Of a DNA stretch of 64,000 bases, positions 18,247 to 28,111 are shown piece by piece. Source of the stretch: a virus; IMG/VR virus record IMGVR_UViG_3300050120_000156, positions 7,714-71,713 of that record; one strand, written 5' to 3'. The translations under genes were made by a program, and so were the position numbers. Position 1 is the first letter of the stretch. Each line of letters opens with the position of its first letter. The notes under the pieces are model-generated. The model ran no database searches, was not told the origin of the DNA, and was given only the letters and a program-made list of their open reading frames with translations.

Positions 18247-18375
18247 TCACATGGACAATTACTTAGCGATGCCTTCGGCCCGCGCTCTTGCGCTTCGCGT
18301 GGAGCCCGCAAGCGGTCTCCATCCATTCGGACTGCGATCGACTATCGCGGCGATCTCTTCGGACAAGGTGATCTG

Positions 18376-20418
18376 ATGAAGTTTGTTCGCCTTGTGGCGC
18401 CGCTGATTGCGTTCGTCCTGTTGGTTGGGGGTGCACTGGCCGGATCAAGCCTGCCGCCATACACAGCGCCGATCGCCACGAACATCCCTGGCATCGTCTG
18501 CAACGACACGACCAAGGGCGCGCAGAACCTCGCGGCGATCCAAGCCGGCCTCGGCGGGTCGACTGCTCCCGGCAATGTCGGGCGCGTCGCGATCAACGCT
18601 CCGGCTGCGGGCCTCCCGGTCAACGGTACGCCTGCAACGTGTGTCGTGACGATGAACACGCCGGCTGTAATCGGGTCTAACACGGACCTGCACATCGGCA
18701 AAAACGTTCGGCTGACGCAGGCGAGCGGCCAGAACAATAATCTCTTCGTCAGCTACGCCTACAGCCAGATCGCCAACTTTCAGACGATCACCGGCATCAC
18801 ATGGTCGTCTTCGACGCCGCTGCTCGCGACCCTGAATCTGGGCTCGGCGCTGCCTGGGGTAACGCAAGACACCGCGATCATCGTCAAGGGCACGCTTGGA
18901 ACGACTGACCCCGCTTTCACGGGCGTCTTTCAGGTCATCAATGCAATCGACCCGGCCAATCCAATTGTTGTGCTGCGCCGGATGCCGGCAGGCGCGGCGA
19001 CAGGCACGATCAAGGCCCTAATCGCTGATCAGCACATCCGCATTGAGGGCGGGATTTTCGACTACAACATGGCGCAAAATTCCAGCCCGCCGAATGCGTT
19101 AGCCAATCACGCCATCATCATGTACGGGGTCCGCGACCTCGGGGTGCGAGACATCATCGTCACCAACGTCGCAAAGTTCGGCCTCTGTCTTGGGGCCGTA
19201 TCCATCTACGACGTGGATGGCGTCGAGGCGATCACAACGAACTCCGATATCGTCAAGGTCTACGGCCCAGCTTTTGACGGCGTGGTCCAGCGCGTCAGCG
19301 GCGACAATGGGGATGATGACCTATCCTTCCAGACCGAAGAGGCCAGCACTTTCTCGACGTATGACTTCACCGGCGGCGACGTCATCAATGCAACAGGGCG
19401 CCGGATTAATGTAACGCGCGGCAGCGGCGTTGGCGTGTATCCCACCAATGGATGGTGGATCATGGATGGCATCACGCTCGACGACATCAACATGCACGCG
19501 GCCAATCTCGCGGGCAGCGCCAAATCTCTAATCCACACTGCCGGCGCGCCATCAGGCGACGCGTTCCCGTCGAGCACAATCAAGTCGCTTTATATCAAGA
19601 ACGTAGAAGCCCGCGACTTGCTGAGCGCCCCGGCAATCTCTTTCAATGGAACGACGGTCAACTACGATAAAGTTGAGATCGAATATTTCCGAAGTGCTAT
19701 CAACCCACAGGCAACGAATGGTTCGAGCATTCAGTTTGCTCAAACTGGAGGGGAGATCAAGCAGCTCTCGATCTCGAAGAGTCGGTTCTACCTTCCTGCT
19801 GCGACATCGGCCGCTATCGGCCTGGGCGCGATGACGCAGTATCGCGAGATCAACATTTTTGACAATCTGGTGGAAGGTCAGAGCATAAGTTCCGGACAAT
19901 TTATTTCAGCGACGAATTCCTCGTATGAAAAAATATCCCTTTGGAACAACAGGATAGATTTGATTGCTGATGTAATAAAGCTAACCCAGGCCAGTGGAAA
20001 TACGCCATCCTATTTGTTCCGCGATAATTATTTTAATACGGCAACTATTCTCAATACGGTACGCGCAGCGACGGTTTATTTTAACGGAAACACCGCAACT
20101 GGCCTCGGAAACGGCGCGGTGCGAGCGACCGGATCAATTGCCATTACGCTGGCTTCCGGCGGGGGGAACTCGCTGCCCGCAAACAGTCTCTGGACGCCCG
20201 TCTCGGGCTCTCCGACGCTTACTTTCGTCGGGAACGCCGCAGATGTTCAGCAGGACATCTCGGCCACCGGAATAGCTCGCTCACCCGACGCTATCGTGAA
20301 CAACACGAATGCCGCTCTTGGGACGCTTGGTGTTGCTGGGTTGGTCGTCGGCGATCATGCCGCGGCAGGATCGGGTTCCTGGCACCTCATGACCAACCCA
20401 ACAGGGGCGACGTACTAG
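18376..20418 (+). CDS. beta-helix (pectin-lyase-like) depolymerase/tailspike-like protein with signal peptide
   Basis: IRIEGGIFDYN, NSDIVKVYGP, GDDDLSF, Asn/Ile ladder repeats; lower GC than flanks. Confidence 0.8.
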   Translation: MKFVRLVAPLIAFVLLVGGALAGSSLPPYTAPIATNIPGIVCNDTTKGAQNLAAIQAGLGGSTAPGNVGRVAINAPAAGLPVNGTPATCVVTMNTPAVIGSNTDLHIGKNVRLTQASGQNNNLFVSYAYSQIANFQTITGITWSSSTPLLATLNLGSALPGVTQDTAIIVKGTLGTTDPAFTGVFQVINAIDPANPIVVLRRMPAGAATGTIKALIADQHIRIEGGIFDYNMAQNSSPPNALANHAIIMYGVRDLGVRDIIVTNVAKFGLCLGAVSIYDVDGVEAITTNSDIVKVYGPAFDGVVQRVSGDNGDDDLSFQTEEASTFSTYDFTGGDVINATGRRINVTRGSGVGVYPTNGWWIMDGITLDDINMHAANLAGSAKSLIHTAGAPSGDAFPSSTIKSLYIKNVEARDLLSAPAISFNGTTVNYDKVEIEYFRSAINPQATNGSSIQFAQTGGEIKQLSISKSRFYLPAATSAAIGLGAMTQYREINIFDNLVEGQSISSGQFISATNSSYEKISLWNNRIDLIADVIKLTQASGNTPSYLFRDNYFNTATILNTVRAATVYFNGNTATGLGNGAVRATGSIAITLASGGGNSLPANSLWTPVSGSPTLTFVGNAADVQQDISATGIARSPDAIVNNTNAALGTLGVAGLVVGDHAAAGSGSWHLMTNPTGATY

Positions 20419-20467
20419 CGACGATCGGGCTGCTTCCAACAGCCCTTTCGCCGATATCGCCACGCCG

Positions 20468-20524
20468 TTGCCGCGCTATCGCCTTCGGCGTATCATCGTT
20501 GCGGTCCTACGCGCCGTAGGCCGC
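20468..20524 (+). promoter_or_regulatory. promoter plus GCGCC-loop hairpin
   Basis: TTGCCG-N17-TATCAT; CCTAC-GCGCC-GTAGG extended by GCGG/CCGC. Confidence 0.75.
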
Positions 20525-20581
20525 TGATCCACCAGCCTCGAGCTGCGGTGCCCGCCGCGACAGGCCAGCGGTAGCGGCGTC

Positions 20582-21790
20582 ATGGGCAGCCCTTCAGGAG
20601 TCAGCAGCTACAATCCGCCCTTGTCGGATCTCGGCCTTGAGGCTTTCAGCCGGATTCAGATCCGGCCCGGCATGCTGACGCCCAATCACATGCGCGATCT
20701 TCTGTCGTCGGCCCAGCTTCTGCTCGTCGAATGGTCGACCAAGCCGGATCTCCCCAACTTGTGGAAGATGCAGCTGAACAGCGTGCAGCTCGTCCAGGGG
20801 ACGCCGAGCTATACCGTGCCGCGGAATGTCGTCGGCATCCTCGACTATTACGTCCGCCAGTATCAGATGGGCGGGCCGGTCAACCTGACGCCGGTCTTCT
20901 CGACCGTGCAGAACTCGCCGGTGGTGACGATCACGGATCCGCAGAGCGGTGCCGTGCCTGGCGCCTTCATCTCGATCGGCGTCCCAGTCGCGGTCGGCGG
21001 TCTTGTCCTGCTCGGATTCTACCCGGTCGTTTCGGTGATCGACCCGGATCATTTCACGGTGACCGCGGCGAGCTCGGCGACGGCGACGGTCAACAACGGC
21101 GGTGCCGTCCCGGTCTTCACGACGGTCGCCGGGGCGTCCTCGGTCAACGTCCATCTCGCCAACCATGGGCTCTACCCGCAGCAGAATTTCGCGGTGCAGG
21201 TGCCGACGCAGGTCGATGGCGTCGTCCTGCAGGGCATCTATCCTGTCGCGACGGTGGTCGACGCCAACAACTTCACGATCGTCGCCAGCGTGGCGGGCTC
21301 GCCGGCGACCGCATCTGAGAATGGCGGTCAGACGCAGATCTCGATCTCGCTGCCGGAGACGCCGCCGTCGAGCCAGGGCTACACCGACTTCGTCATTACG
21401 CCGATCAGCCGCACCGAATACGCCGATCAGCCGCGGAAGAAGGACCAGGCGCGGCCGACGACGGTCTGGTGGAACCGCCAGATCGATTCGGTGCTGACGA
21501 TGTGGCCGGTGCCGGATCAGGGTCCATATACCCTCTTTTATTGGGCTCTTGTTCAAATACAAGACGCGGCTCTTGCTGGTGGCACTACCCTTGATTTGCC
21601 ATACAGGTTCTTGGAAGCTTTTACTGCCGGATTGGCAGCAAAACTTGCTGAAAAATATCCTCCTCCGCCGCCCAATACGATCGAACGGCTTGAGGCGCGA
21701 GCGGCAATGCAATGGCAGCAGGTGAGTTCGCAGGATAGCGAGGATGTGCCGCTCTACATCACGCCTGCCTTGGGCAGCTATTTTCGTTGA
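20582..21790 (+). CDS. head-tail adaptor / tail tubular protein A-like with inserted tandem beta modules
   Basis: EAFSRIQI...NLWK...ISRTEY...KKDQARPT..W..R...WPVPD...DLPYRFLEAFTAGLA. Confidence 0.8.
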   Translation: MGSPSGVSSYNPPLSDLGLEAFSRIQIRPGMLTPNHMRDLLSSAQLLLVEWSTKPDLPNLWKMQLNSVQLVQGTPSYTVPRNVVGILDYYVRQYQMGGPVNLTPVFSTVQNSPVVTITDPQSGAVPGAFISIGVPVAVGGLVLLGFYPVVSVIDPDHFTVTAASSATATVNNGGAVPVFTTVAGASSVNVHLANHGLYPQQNFAVQVPTQVDGVVLQGIYPVATVVDANNFTIVASVAGSPATASENGGQTQISISLPETPPSSQGYTDFVITPISRTEYADQPRKKDQARPTTVWWNRQIDSVLTMWPVPDQGPYTLFYWALVQIQDAALAGGTTLDLPYRFLEAFTAGLAAKLAEKYPPPPPNTIERLEARAAMQWQQVSSQDSEDVPLYITPALGSYFR

Positions 21791-21848
21791 ACCTAAGTGG
21801 CTTGCACTGCGTCTATTCTGGCGGTTGCACCTCTGGTAGAATTGAAAA

Positions 21849-22787
21849 ATGCACATCGTCTATCTCGCCACCAACTTGGTAAACGGCAAGACCTACATTG
21901 GCGTCACGTCGCGCCCGCTCGCGGTTCGTGCTGCGCACCATGCCCGCGCGAAGGATCGTCGCACGCCGGTCTGGCACGCGATCCGGAAATACGGTCGAGA
22001 CATGATCCGATTTCGCGTCGTGAAGGTCTGCGATTCGAGGGACGATGCTTTTGCCGAAGAGATCAGGCTGATTGCACTTTGGAAGCCGGAATATAATCGG
22101 ACTGCTGGCGGCGAAGGATCACCTGGGCATATCCTCTCGGCAGAGGCGAGAAAGAAGATCGGCGATGCTCACAGAGGGCAGTCAAATCCCGACACCATGC
22201 GAGCCATGAGATCACCTGAGGCGATCGCCAAGGCAAAGGCCACACGGCTCGCCAACGGCACCGTTCCGCGTCATTGGCTCGGTAAGAAGCGTGATCCTGA
22301 GATGGTTCGCGCCAGTGCCGAGAAACAACGAAAGAACGGTCACTACGACAGGCTTCGTGCGCTATATGCCAAGCCCGTCAGATGCCTCAACGATGGCGTC
22401 GTCCACGCTTCGCTCGGGGACGCGGCGCGATGCTACTGCGTATCGAAGCGGCGCGTTTTAGCGGTTTGCAACGGCCAAACTTTAGCGGTGAAGGGCTTCC
22501 ATTTTGAGTACGTCGGTGCCGCTGATGAACAGATCGTTCTTTCCCCGGAACGCCGCGCCGCATGGCTGACGCAGCAGGCTGAAATCCGCGACCGCGCAAA
22601 TGATAAAAATAGGCGTCCCGTTATCTGCCTGACCGATGGAGCGGTGTATCCTAGCGTGTCGGCTGCCGCTGATTTCTATGGTTGCGACAAGGCAACCCTA
22701 GGAGCTTTGTGCCTCGGCAAAAGGGGGCGGAAAAGCCTGCGCGGTCGTCGCTTCGCCTTCGTCGATACTATGGCGGAGGCAGCCTAG
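21849..22787 (+). CDS. GIY-YIG homing endonuclease with NUMOD3/NUMOD1-like DNA-binding repeats
   Basis: IVYLATNLVNGKTYIGVT...R...AIRKYG...EEI..I...YNRTAGGEG; two PV.CL.DG.V..S repeats. Confidence 0.9.
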   Translation: MHIVYLATNLVNGKTYIGVTSRPLAVRAAHHARAKDRRTPVWHAIRKYGRDMIRFRVVKVCDSRDDAFAEEIRLIALWKPEYNRTAGGEGSPGHILSAEARKKIGDAHRGQSNPDTMRAMRSPEAIAKAKATRLANGTVPRHWLGKKRDPEMVRASAEKQRKNGHYDRLRALYAKPVRCLNDGVVHASLGDAARCYCVSKRRVLAVCNGQTLAVKGFHFEYVGAADEQIVLSPERRAAWLTQQAEIRDRANDKNRRPVICLTDGAVYPSVSAAADFYGCDKATLGALCLGKRGRKSLRGRRFAFVDTMAEAA

Positions 22788-23119
22788 TGGCTTGGCGCTT
22801 CCATGGACGAGCTCGAGTCAGCACGACGCATCCGGCAGCCTGGGGCGTCTGCGACAGGTGCTACCTGCTATATTCCAGGTCAGATCTCGTCAAGCAATAC
22901 GAGTGGCGCGGCAACAGCCTGAAATGGCTCGGCATCTACGTCTGCACGCGGACCTGCCTCGATGTCCCGCAGCAGCAGCTGCGGCCGCAGATCCTGCCGC
23001 CCGACCCCGTACCGATTCTGCAGCCGCGGCCGGAATCCTACGGCCAGGACAACGCCGGCTCGTCGCCGGATCCGGCGGCGGTCTACCCGGACGGCGGCAT
23101 TCCGATTCCGATCGATTAA
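22787..23119 (+). CDS. conserved CDRC zinc-binding neck-region protein
   Basis: GTG start overlapping TAG; WGVCDRC...VC..CLD.PQ.QLRP...PDPVPI..PRPE. Confidence 0.8.
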   Translation: MAWRFHGRARVSTTHPAAWGVCDRCYLLYSRSDLVKQYEWRGNSLKWLGIYVCTRTCLDVPQQQLRPQILPPDPVPILQPRPESYGQDNAGSSPDPAAVYPDGGIPIPID

Positions 23120-23128
23120 GGGCGCGCC

Positions 23129-23854
23129 ATGACGACACCAGCACCAGGATACGATTACGCCAGCTGGCTCGAGGGGGTGAACTCCATCCTCGAGTTCGAC
23201 CTCGTCGATCCGACCTCGGCGACGCCGTTCGGGACCGACCAGATCAACCAGTTCATGCCGCGGGCGATCGAGTTCGCCGAGCAGAGCGTCTATCGCGATC
23301 TCGATCTCCTGGCGACGCGGGTCACCGATTCGAGCGGCGTCACGACGGGCAGCAGCCGGACCTTCACGCTGCCGACCGACATCGGCCGCTTCATCGTGCT
23401 GGAACAGGTTTCGCTGACCGTCGGCGACCAGCGGCAGGCGCCGCTGCTGCCGGTCTCCAAGGATGCGCTCGATGCCTTCTGGCCGAGCGACACGCCGCCG
23501 GGGACACCGAGCATCCCGACGATGTGGTGCCCGGTCGACCAGGTCTCGATCCTGCTCGGCCCGGCGCCGGATGCCGCCTACACCGTGAACTGCTTCGGGA
23601 CGCAGCGGCCGCAGGCGTTGAGCTCGACGAACGTAACCACGCTTTTGACCCTGTACGAACCTGACCTGTTCTTCGCCGGGACGATGATCGCCTGGGCCGA
23701 CTTCCAGCGCGATACCGAGATGGCGGGGGCTTGGCAGGCCGTCTATCAACAGAAATTGCAGTCGGTCAATGTAGAATCGTTCAGGTCGAAGTTGATGAGC
23801 CAGGGCTGGACGACGCGGCTGCCGTCGCCGATCGCGTCGCCGCAGCAGAATTGA
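23129..23854 (+). CDS. tail/neck adaptor protein
   Basis: FMPRAIEFAEQSVYRDLD...LGPAPDAAY...T.L....PDL..AG. Confidence 0.8.
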   Translation: MTTPAPGYDYASWLEGVNSILEFDLVDPTSATPFGTDQINQFMPRAIEFAEQSVYRDLDLLATRVTDSSGVTTGSSRTFTLPTDIGRFIVLEQVSLTVGDQRQAPLLPVSKDALDAFWPSDTPPGTPSIPTMWCPVDQVSILLGPAPDAAYTVNCFGTQRPQALSSTNVTTLLTLYEPDLFFAGTMIAWADFQRDTEMAGAWQAVYQQKLQSVNVESFRSKLMSQGWTTRLPSPIASPQQN

Positions 23855-23996
23855 TATAAGCTGCCGGCGCTGCGGCATCACGGAAGGACGTGAGAGAGGC
23901 AGAGGGGCGCTGGGTGCATCCAGACGCCTTATCGGCCGTGGGGGCGGAGCCCACATTGCACAAGCCGGTACTCAAGCCCGGCCCGCAGCGCCTTCC

Positions 23997-24053
23997 TTGC
24001 CCGCCACGCCCTGTCGCCGTATGATGGCGTCACCACGTCGGCGCGCCGCCGAC
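23997..24053 (+). promoter_or_regulatory. promoter plus GCGCC-loop hairpin
   Basis: TTGCCC-N17-TATGAT; GTCGGC-GCGCC-GCCGAC. Confidence 0.75.
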
Positions 24054-24111
24054 CGCCATCCTGCCGCTGCCGCCCGATGCCCTGGCGCAGCCGCAACGAA
24101 GCGGTCGCGCC

Positions 24112-25041
24112 ATGGGCTCCTTTACGCAGAACTTGACTCTTGCGGAACCCACGCCGGGAGACCCAGCTGTAACGAATAGCTGGGGGACCATTTTAAATAC
24201 CAACGCTGCGCTGATCGATTCGGCGGTCGCCGGCATCCTGGCGCTGGATGTCTCCGGCAGCAGCGATGTCATCCTCACCTCGATCTCGGGCCAGCCTGAC
24301 CAGGCGCGCAATGCCCGCTTCGTTTTCTCCGGCGTGCTCACCGGCAACATCAAGATCTTCTGGCCGATCTCGCTGACGAGCGTGTTCAGCGTGCTCAATG
24401 CGACGACCGGAGCCTTCTCGCTGACGCTCGCCGTCAACAACGGCAGCGGCGCGCCGGATGGCGCCACGGTCGTCATTCGGCAGGGCGACACGCTGGCGCT
24501 CTCGAGCAACGGCACGGACATCCTGCCGAACAGCGCGACATCGGAATTTGCATCGGGGACGGCGCTCGTCTTTCCGCAGGCGTCGGCGCCGACAGCATGG
24601 ACGCAGGACATCAGCAAGAATGACCGCGTTCTGCGCGTCGTCGATACGGCTGGCGGTGGTACCGGTGGCACCTGGACGGTCGGTGGCCTGACGACGGCGG
24701 TGACGGTCGCGAGCCATGTCCTATCGGTGACGGAACTTCCCAGCCATACCCACAACGCCAGCGGCACGACGGCGACGGAGAACGCGCCGCACGAGCATCC
24801 GGTCACCATCCCGAACGCCGGGACGCCGGGGCCCTTTGCCGCGGGTGCTGCCTGCGGCGGTGCGACAAGCGTCGCGACCGGTACGGAATCGCCAGACCAC
24901 ACCCACACCTACGCCGGCACGACCGATGGTGGCACCGGCGGCGGCGGCGGCCATACCCATGCCGGTTCGACGGCGCCGATCACCTCCGACGGCACATGGC
25001 GTCCTTCGTATGAGGATGTCATCGTCGCGACGAAGGACTAG
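24112..25041 (+). CDS. tail fibre-like protein (collar region and HxH metal-binding tip)
   Basis: NSWGTILNTN..LIDSAVAG; QASAPTAWT; ELPSHTH, HEH, HTH repeats. Confidence 0.8.
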   Translation: MGSFTQNLTLAEPTPGDPAVTNSWGTILNTNAALIDSAVAGILALDVSGSSDVILTSISGQPDQARNARFVFSGVLTGNIKIFWPISLTSVFSVLNATTGAFSLTLAVNNGSGAPDGATVVIRQGDTLALSSNGTDILPNSATSEFASGTALVFPQASAPTAWTQDISKNDRVLRVVDTAGGGTGGTWTVGGLTTAVTVASHVLSVTELPSHTHNASGTTATENAPHEHPVTIPNAGTPGPFAAGAACGGATSVATGTESPDHTHTYAGTTDGGTGGGGGHTHAGSTAPITSDGTWRPSYEDVIVATKD

Positions 25042-25044
25042 GCG

Positions 25045-25419
25045 ATGGCGAAGAAAACCGCCAATCCCGAAACCTGCGAGAAGTGCCCGCATCGTTATGA
25101 CGCGGCGGGGTGCCCGTGCTGGATCGGGCCGCAGGCCGGCTTCATGGAAACGAATGTCGTGACCAAGGAAGAGCGGTTCGTCACCGGCTGCTTCTATCAG
25201 GTCATCCCGAAGCTGATGGTCGAGGTCATCAAGGCGAGCAACCGGCCAGCGGCCGCCGTTGAGGGCATCCGCAACGAGATGGTGCGCGGCATGACGATGA
25301 TCGCGCAAGGGCTCCCGGTGCTCCGGGCTCGTCACGATGAGCCACGACACGACGCCATCGCAGGGCCAGCAGGGGCGGCACCGGCGATGATCGAGCACAG
25401 CAAAGCGCAGCCGGGGTAG
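25045..25419 (+). CDS. Cys-rich protein following tail fibre (possible chaperone)
   Basis: CEKCP..GCPCW...GC...AAAVEGIRNEMV. Confidence 0.7.
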   Translation: MAKKTANPETCEKCPHRYDAAGCPCWIGPQAGFMETNVVTKEERFVTGCFYQVIPKLMVEVIKASNRPAAAVEGIRNEMVRGMTMIAQGLPVLRARHDEPRHDAIAGPAGAAPAMIEHSKAQPG

Positions 25420-25426
25420 TCTCGGC

Positions 25427-27439
25427 ATGCCGCTCACCATCCTCCGCTTCAAGCCGGGTGTCGACACCGAGACGACGCCGGTGCTGTCGGAAGCCGGCTG
25501 GAACAATTCGCAGCTGATCCGCTGGCGGGCCGGCCTGCCGGAGAAGCTCGGCGGCTGGGTGCATCTCAATCAGGTGGCGCTGGTCGGCACCGGCCGCGGT
25601 ATCCATGTCTGGGCCGATCTCGCCGGCATCGCCTATGTCGCGGTCGGCACCGAGCAGCGGCTGCAACTCTTCACCGGCGGCTTGATGTACGACATCACGC
25701 CGCTGCGGGCGACCAGCAACATCTCGCCGGACTTCAGCACGGTCTCAACATCGAAGACGGTTACCGTCCACGATACCGCCCATGGTGCGTCGCCGGGCGA
25801 CTGGACCGACGAGTTCGTCGTCGTCTCGGTCGGCGGCATCCTGCTGCTCGGCTTCTATCAGGTGCAGACCGTCGTCGATGCCAACAACTACACGATCACG
25901 GCGCCGACGGCCGCGACGGCGACGGTCAACAACGGCGGTGCCGTCCCAAGCTTCACGACGACGAATGCCTCGCCCAACGTCACGGTTCTTCTTGCCAATC
26001 ATGGGCTCTCGGCGGGGGGCCTCTTCCAGGTGCAGGTCTCGACCACCGTCGGCGGCATCACGCTGCTCGGCACGTATCCGGTCATCTCCTCGGCCGACAG
26101 CAGTCACTTCGTCATCGCGCCGGGGCCGGCGGCGACCGCCGATTCGGTTTCCGAGAACAGCGGTCATGCCAGGATCGAGTACCTGATCCAGAGCGGCCTC
26201 GCATCGGCGACGCCGCTCTCCGGTTACGGCATCGGCGCCTATGGCTCCGGCCTCTACGGTGAGGGCGGCGATCCGTCGGTCAACGACATCGCGCCGCTGC
26301 GCCAATGGTTCCTCGACAACTGGGGCCAGGATCTCATCGGCAACTACAACGGCTCGACGATGTATGTCTGGGCGCCGCCGGAGGTGCCCGGCAACGTCGC
26401 CGTCCCGACCGGCGGCACGACGCCGACCGAGATCAACTCGTCGTTCGTCGCGATGCCGGCGCAGATCGCCGTCGCGCTCGGTGCGGAAACCAGCGGCACC
26501 TTCGATCCCAACCTCATCCGCTGGAGCGACGTCGACGACTTTACCGATTGGGTTGCGACGGCGGTCAACCAAGCCGGCTCCTACCGGCTGCCGACCGGGT
26601 CGAAGATTATCGGCGGCATCCAGGGGCCGCAGTTCGCCTGCATCTGGACCGACATCGATATGTGGCTGATGGAATATATCCAGCCGCCGTTCATCTTCGG
26701 CTTCAACAAGATCGGTGCCACCTCGACGGTCTCGGCGCGCGCCGCCGGCATCTATGCGTCATCGGTCTACTGGCTGTCGCAGAACAATTTCTGCGTCTAC
26801 GACGGCAACAGCATCCAGGTGCTGGACTGCACCGTCTGGGATCAGTTCTTCTACGACGTCAACCTCGCGCAGGCCGACAAGATCTTCTGCGCCGTCAATC
26901 TGGCATTCAACGAAATCGGTTGGTTCTATCCCTCGCTGAACAGCAACGAGGTCGACAGCTACGTCAAATACAATGTCGTCGAGAAGGCTTGGGATTACGG
27001 CACGCTGATCCGCACCTGCTGGGCCGGCCGCAGCGTCCTCGGACCGCCGATCGGCACCGATACGGCCGGGCTTCTCCAGCAGCACGAGATCGGTCACGAC
27101 GCCGATGGCCAGGCCATGCTTCCATCGGTGCAGTCCGGCTATCTCAGCCTCTCCGATGGCGAAATCTTCACCTTCGTCGAGCGGCTGATCGGCGATTTCA
27201 TCCTGACCGGTGGGGTGGCGCCGAACAACCGCGTCATGATCTCGCTGACCTTCCAGGATTATCCCAACGGGCCGACGCGGACCTATGGACCGTTCCAATG
27301 GAGCGGCACCATGCCGAACTACTCGATCGTGCGCGGTCGCTCCCGCACCGTCTCAGTGACGATCTCGAGTTTGGATCTCGGCGTCTTCTGGCGGATGGGT
27401 GGCCTCCGGCTGCTCAACAAGCCGGCCGGCAAACGGTAG
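25427..27439 (+). CDS. tail nozzle / packaged-DNA stabilisation protein (P22 gp10 / tubular protein B-like)
   Basis: FKPGVD.E.T...GLPEKLGGW; W.LDNWGQDLI; IRWSD; NQAGSYRL..GS.I; FNEIGWFYPS; YVKYN..E..W..G.L.RT.W. Confidence 0.85.
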   Translation: MPLTILRFKPGVDTETTPVLSEAGWNNSQLIRWRAGLPEKLGGWVHLNQVALVGTGRGIHVWADLAGIAYVAVGTEQRLQLFTGGLMYDITPLRATSNISPDFSTVSTSKTVTVHDTAHGASPGDWTDEFVVVSVGGILLLGFYQVQTVVDANNYTITAPTAATATVNNGGAVPSFTTTNASPNVTVLLANHGLSAGGLFQVQVSTTVGGITLLGTYPVISSADSSHFVIAPGPAATADSVSENSGHARIEYLIQSGLASATPLSGYGIGAYGSGLYGEGGDPSVNDIAPLRQWFLDNWGQDLIGNYNGSTMYVWAPPEVPGNVAVPTGGTTPTEINSSFVAMPAQIAVALGAETSGTFDPNLIRWSDVDDFTDWVATAVNQAGSYRLPTGSKIIGGIQGPQFACIWTDIDMWLMEYIQPPFIFGFNKIGATSTVSARAAGIYASSVYWLSQNNFCVYDGNSIQVLDCTVWDQFFYDVNLAQADKIFCAVNLAFNEIGWFYPSLNSNEVDSYVKYNVVEKAWDYGTLIRTCWAGRSVLGPPIGTDTAGLLQQHEIGHDADGQAMLPSVQSGYLSLSDGEIFTFVERLIGDFILTGGVAPNNRVMISLTFQDYPNGPTRTYGPFQWSGTMPNYSIVRGRSRTVSVTISSLDLGVFWRMGGLRLLNKPAGKR

Positions 27440-27448
27440 GGGACCAGC

Positions 27449-28042
27449 ATGGCACCAAACGACGGCAACGGCATCGGCGGCCTGCAGAACCTCGTCAACG
27501 CGATCCAGAACGGCCAGCAGAGCACCAACAACCTGCTGACCTCGCTGATCGGTGCCGTCAAGGCGCAGACCACCGCCCTCAACACCGAGTTGACGGCTCT
27601 GATCGCGCAGCTCGCCGGTCAAGGGCCGATCCTGCCGCTGACCGGCTACGTCGAGGGCACCTGGACGCCGGGTCTCGCCTTCGGCGGCTCCGCCACCGGC
27701 ATCACCTACGGCGCGCAGACCGGCACCTATACGAAGATCGGCCGTATCGTCCTCTGCCAGTTTCACATCCTGCTGACGAGCAAGGGCTCCGCGACCGGCG
27801 CCGCGACGCTGACCGGCCTGCCGGCGACGCCGAACGCCTCGACGGCGAGCGCCGGCAGCGGCGGTGCGGTCGGGCATTACGCCGCGCTGGCGAGCCTGAC
27901 CGGTGCGCCGCAGCTCTACGGTACCGCCGGCTCGGCGGTGATGAACCTCGCCGACTTCGGTGCCGCGGCATCGGCCAATCTTGCCGACACCAATTTCACG
28001 AACACCTCCGAGATGGACGGTTCATTCAGTTTCTTCGTGTAA
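27449..28042 (+). CDS. tail needle/fibre-like protein
   Basis: N-terminal coiled coil; YVEGTWTP...G.YTKIGR.V...TGLP fibre motif. Confidence 0.75.
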   Translation: MAPNDGNGIGGLQNLVNAIQNGQQSTNNLLTSLIGAVKAQTTALNTELTALIAQLAGQGPILPLTGYVEGTWTPGLAFGGSATGITYGAQTGTYTKIGRIVLCQFHILLTSKGSATGAATLTGLPATPNASTASAGSGGAVGHYAALASLTGAPQLYGTAGSAVMNLADFGAAASANLADTNFTNTSEMDGSFSFFV

Positions 28043-28111
28043 AACCTGACGTTGTTCGTTGCCGCCGTCGTGGTGTATGCTGGCAACGACGAGACGCTAT
28101 AGGTTGAATCG

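Noticed and set aside
26305-28107. 600-aa alternative-frame ORF over the tail genes
   Set aside because: Arg-rich off-frame translation typical of high-GC DNA; codon bias stays in the annotated frame
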